Assembly (NCBI RefSeq): GCF_020885515.1
Contig: NZ_AP024987.1
Span: 630,001 to 662,000, forward strand
Direction of reading: 5' to 3'
Length of the DNA: 32,000 nucleotides
Origin: a cyanobacterium endosymbiont of Braarudosphaera bigelowii
Lineage (GTDB): Bacteria > Cyanobacteriota > Cyanobacteriia > Cyanobacteriales > Microcystaceae
Shown piece after piece: positions 28,191 through 32,000 of the stretch. Position 1 is the first letter of the stretch, and the number at the start of each line of letters is the position of its first letter. Below the pieces are notes generated by a model, which was given only the letters and a program-made list of their open reading frames with translations, was not told the origin of the DNA and ran no database searches. A program made the translations under genes and the position numbers.

Positions 28191-31079
28191 ATGACAAATC
28201 AACAAGATTTGCCTCTTTTAATTTTAATTGATGGTCATTCTTTAGCATTTAGAGCTTATTATGCTTTTTCTAATTCTAGAAAAGGTCTACTCAAAACTTC
28301 TACAGGAATTCCAACTAGTATTTGTTTTGGATTTTTAAACTCATTAATGCAAGTTATCAAATTAGAGAAACCTAAATATATAGGTATTGCATTTGATAGT
28401 AAAGAAAAAACATTTCGCCATAAATTCGATACTGAATATAAGGCAAATCGTCCAGAAACTCCAGAAGATTTTATTATTGATATTAAAAATTTACAAAAAA
28501 TATTAGAAATACTAGATATAGTTACGATTACCATGCCCGGATATGAAGCAGATGATATATTAGGTACACTAGCTGTAGAAGCAAGTAATAGAGGCTATCG
28601 TGTTAAAGTCCTCAGTGGTGATAAGGATCTTTTTCAACTAATTGATGATACAAAAAATATAAGTATTCTTTACTTAGAAGGAAATAGGATTAAATCTTCC
28701 TCGGAAAGAAAATATACAGAAATGACCTCCACAACAGTTATAGAAAGACTAGGGATAACATCGGATCAGGTTATTGACTATAAAGCATTATGTGGCGATA
28801 AATCAGATAATATTCCTGGAGTCAAAGGCATTGGTGAAAAAACAGCAGTTAAGCTCTTAACCCAATATAAAACATTAGAAGGCATCTATCACAATATTGA
28901 ATATATTAAAGGCGCAAACCAAAAGAAACTCAAAGAAGGTAAGAAAGAAGCAGATCGCTCTCGTTATTTAGCCAAAATTATTATTAATTGCCCATTAGTT
29001 TTCGACATAGATGAATTTGAATTAAAAGGTTTTGATCAAAGTGCAGCACAAAATCTTTTTGAAAAATTAGAACTGAAAACATTTAATGAAAATATTAATC
29101 AATTACAGGAAAAATTAGGTGGAAAATTTTCTCAGAAACTATTAAAAAAAACAGACCAGTTAATCAATAAAGATCAAGTACTAAATCATAGTAATAACCC
29201 TAAAAAAAATAGTAAAGAGATATGTATTAGGCCGCAAATTATCAGCAATACACTTCAGTTGGATAAATTAGTTAATATACTTTTGAGTTATCAAAATAAC
29301 AATTGTCCAATTGCTTGGGATATAGAAACAACAGACTTAAATCCCCAAAAGGCTGAATTAATAGGAATTGGATGCTGTTGGGGAGAAGAAGTAAACGATA
29401 TTGCCTATATTCCTATAGGACATAAAGAAGGTAAACAATTAAGTAAAAAAGAAATTTTAGAAAAATTGCGGCCAATTCTTGAAAGCAACATTTATCCTAA
29501 AGTTTTTCAAAATACAAAGTTTGATCGTCTTGTTTTAGAGAATCAAGGTATTAATCTAGATGGAGTTGTTTTCGATACTATGCTAGCTAGCTATGTTATT
29601 AATCCTGATAATAGTCATAAATTAAGTAGTTTATGTAAACAATATTTAAATAATATTGTTTCTAAAGACTATTCAGAATTGGGAATTAATAAAAAACAAA
29701 CTATTGCTGATTTAGATATTCTACAGGTTGCTGATTATTGTGGAATGGATGCTTACAGCACTTTTTTGCTAGTAAAACCATTAAAAGAAAAGCTCAAGAA
29801 ATTTCCATCTTTAGAGCAGTTATTTTCAAAAGTAGAACAATCTTTGGAAATAGTTTTATCAAAAATGGAAAGCCAAGGTATTCTTATTGATATAGATTAT
29901 TTAAAAAATTTATCTAAAGAAATTAAAAGCAATTTGTTTTCTCTTGAAGAGAAAATCTATGAAGAAGCTGAAGAAAAATTTAATTTAGGATCACCTAAGC
30001 AGTTAAGTAAAATTTTATTTGAAAAGTTACAGCTAAGTACTAAAAAATCTAAAAAAATAATAACTGGATATTCAACTGATCATGCTACTTTAGAAAAATT
30101 AAAAGGCGATCATTCAATTATTGATCATCTTTTAGAATACAGGACTTTATCTAAATTACAATCAACTTATATTGATACTTTACCAATACTAGTCGATAGG
30201 AAAACATGTCGAATACATACTAGTTTCAATCAATCTATTACTGCAACGGGAAGATTATCTTCCTCCAATCCAAATTTACAAAATATTCCTATTAGAACTG
30301 AATTATCCCGTAAGATTAGAAAAGCCTTTATTCCTCCTAAAGAATGGTTATTAGTTTCAGCAGACTATTCACAAATTGAATTAAGAATTTTAGCTTATTT
30401 AAGTCAAGAACCTTTACTAGTAAACGCTTATTGCAACTATCAAGATATTCATACTGTTACAGCACAGTTATTATTCGATAAAAAAGAAATTACGACAGAG
30501 GAAAGAAATTTAGGAAAAACTATTAATTTTGGTGTTATTTATGGAATGGGTTCACAAAGGTTTGCAAGAGAAGCAGGCGTAACAATAGCTAAAGGAAAAG
30601 ATTTTATTAAAAAGTATCATGAACGATATACAAAAGTATTTGAGTTCCTTGAAAATGTAAAAATAGAAGCTATCACAAAGGGATACGTCACAACAATATT
30701 AGGAAGAAGACGTTATTTTAACTTTTATAGTGATAGTTTGCGCAATTTATATGGATGTGACTCTAGTAAAATCAATTTAGAGGAACTAAAGTATAGTTAT
30801 AAAGATTCTCAACTATTGAGAGCTGCTGCTAATGCTCCAATACAAGGTTCAAGTGCCGATATTATTAAAGTTGCAATGATTAAAATAGAGAAACTGTTAA
30901 AAAATTATCAAGCTAAATTACTATTACAAGTTCATGATGAGTTAGTATTCGAGATACCTCTCGAAGAACTAGAAGAATTAAAGAATAAGATAAAACAAAT
31001 TATGGAAAAATCTGTGGATTTAACTATTCCCTTGCTGGTAGAAGTAAAATCTGGAGTTAATTGGATGGAGGCTAAATAG
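28191..31079 (+). CDS. polA: DNA polymerase I
   Basis: 962-aa ORF. It has a 5' nuclease domain and 3'-5' exonuclease motifs (WDIETTDL, QNTKFDRLVL, YCGMDAY). Polymerase motifs are A (DYSQIELRILA), B (RNLGKTINFGVIYG) and C (QVHDELVFE). Confidence 0.97.
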   Translation: MTNQQDLPLLILIDGHSLAFRAYYAFSNSRKGLLKTSTGIPTSICFGFLNSLMQVIKLEKPKYIGIAFDSKEKTFRHKFDTEYKANRPETPEDFIIDIKNLQKILEILDIVTITMPGYEADDILGTLAVEASNRGYRVKVLSGDKDLFQLIDDTKNISILYLEGNRIKSSSERKYTEMTSTTVIERLGITSDQVIDYKALCGDKSDNIPGVKGIGEKTAVKLLTQYKTLEGIYHNIEYIKGANQKKLKEGKKEADRSRYLAKIIINCPLVFDIDEFELKGFDQSAAQNLFEKLELKTFNENINQLQEKLGGKFSQKLLKKTDQLINKDQVLNHSNNPKKNSKEICIRPQIISNTLQLDKLVNILLSYQNNNCPIAWDIETTDLNPQKAELIGIGCCWGEEVNDIAYIPIGHKEGKQLSKKEILEKLRPILESNIYPKVFQNTKFDRLVLENQGINLDGVVFDTMLASYVINPDNSHKLSSLCKQYLNNIVSKDYSELGINKKQTIADLDILQVADYCGMDAYSTFLLVKPLKEKLKKFPSLEQLFSKVEQSLEIVLSKMESQGILIDIDYLKNLSKEIKSNLFSLEEKIYEEAEEKFNLGSPKQLSKILFEKLQLSTKKSKKIITGYSTDHATLEKLKGDHSIIDHLLEYRTLSKLQSTYIDTLPILVDRKTCRIHTSFNQSITATGRLSSSNPNLQNIPIRTELSRKIRKAFIPPKEWLLVSADYSQIELRILAYLSQEPLLVNAYCNYQDIHTVTAQLLFDKKEITTEERNLGKTINFGVIYGMGSQRFAREAGVTIAKGKDFIKKYHERYTKVFEFLENVKIEAITKGYVTTILGRRRYFNFYSDSLRNLYGCDSSKINLEELKYSYKDSQLLRAAANAPIQGSSADIIKVAMIKIEKLLKNYQAKLLLQVHDELVFEIPLEELEELKNKIKQIMEKSVDLTIPLLVEVKSGVNWMEAK

Positions 31080-31429
31080 ATTCAACTACTATACTACAAA
31101 ATATAGTTTTACTTAAAATCTTCAATATACAAGATAAGGAATTTAAAACAGAAAGAGGTTTATTAGTTTTTATTAATAGTAAATAACAATGATATTGTTT
31201 ACTTAAGTTATATTAAGCTTTAAAATAAACTTGTAAAATACATTTCTAAAAATTAATAAGTGTACACCATCTAACTTTAACAAAACAGTTTAATCTTAAT
31301 ATATAGTTGTTTAGATTACTAATAATATAAAGTTAGATTGTTAAACAGTTAATTTAAAAAAATTTCTATGTATTTTAAATTTCTTTAACTTTTCACAATA
31401 AAAGAGTTAATCATAGGTAACTATCATAT

Positions 31430-32000
31430 ATGTTAGGACAAGACTGGTTAGTAAAAAATAATGGTAAGTTAATATCGCTTAATTCACCTCGAGATTGGGA
31501 TTTATTAAACCCGTCTTCTCCTTATCGACTATATCAGTTTTTAATAGAGCTAGATAATATAATGAGTGACGTTGATAGAGGAAAGGAAATTGAAGAGAAA
31601 TATCTCTTAAGATTGAGACATTTAACCAGAAAGTTAATAGTTAATACTCCTTGGATTAGCAATAATCTATCCACCTCTAATATATCAGCACTATATGATG
31701 AGCCAGGTTATCCATACACTCTTCAGAGAGAAATTATGCTTCCTGGTAGTAGTACATTTATTCATAATCATGGAACTTGGGCAATTGTAGCAACATTACA
31801 AGGAATGCAAAAAAATATTTTATGGGAACCTTTTCCAGCTCTAGAATATCCCCATAAAATTAGAAAAACTTATGAAAAAGTTTTTCAACCTGGGGATATC
31901 GTAAGTTTTACAAATGATGCCATTCATTCTGTTGAAGCTGTAGGTGAGGAACCAAGTGTTACTTTAAATATTTATGGAGAAACTGATGCATTGAAGAGAT
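31430..32000 (+). CDS. Cupin-fold protein, cysteine-dioxygenase-like; 3' end truncated by the window edge
   Basis: I translated this by hand from the ATG at 31430: MLGQDWLVKNNGKL...FIHNHGTWAIVATLQGMQKNILWE...DAIHSVEAVGEEPSVTLNIYGE. The frame is open to position 32000. The HxH...H cupin pattern is present. It is absent from the ORF track because no stop lies within the window. Confidence 0.5.
   Translation, partial: MLGQDWLVKNNGKLISLNSPRDWDLLNPSSPYRLYQFLIELDNIMSDVDRGKEIEEKYLLRLRHLTRKLIVNTPWISNNLSTSNISALYDEPGYPYTLQREIMLPGSSTFIHNHGTWAIVATLQGMQKNILWEPFPALEYPHKIRKTYEKVFQPGDIVSFTNDAIHSVEAVGEEPSVTLNIYGETDALKR

Overview
AT-rich cyanobacterial core-genome window (about 30% G+C judged by eye, not computed; spacers lower). 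I support 28 complete CDS, one CDS truncated at the right edge, and one tRNA. Housekeeping content dominates: the secE-nusG-rplK-rplA-rplJ-rplL cluster preceded by tRNA-Pro(GGG); photosystem I genes psaC and psaD; ATP synthase beta/epsilon; System II cytochrome c biogenesis (ccdA, ccs1); rpoZ, cysK, folC, nadK, tadA, polA and an L25-type ribosomal protein. Envelope genes are also present: an SLH/OprB porin, a DUF3747-like/SLH protein, a GT4 glycosyltransferase, a GT-C/TPR glycosyltransferase, a DegT aminotransferase and a PMI-type cupin. Protein sequences look beta-cyanobacterial (Cyanothece/Synechocystis-like). Combined with the low G+C and unusually long ORF-free spacers (0.3-0.7 kb), this suggests a genome-reduced unicellular lineage such as UCYN-A; that is inference only. 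I found no rRNA, CRISPR array, transposase, integrase, phage or defence-island signature, so this reads as an ordinary core region, not an accessory island. The points most worth a second look are modest. (1) A G+C-enriched promoter-to-terminator unit downstream of atpC that looks like a Yfr2-type sRNA. (2) A tandem 11-aa (33-nt) duplication in the C-terminal region of L10. (3) A perfect 26-nt palindrome between tRNA-Pro and secE. (4) A 76-nt convergent coding overlap between two glycosyltransferase genes. (5) Long perfect AT-rich hairpins that serve as gene-end structures.
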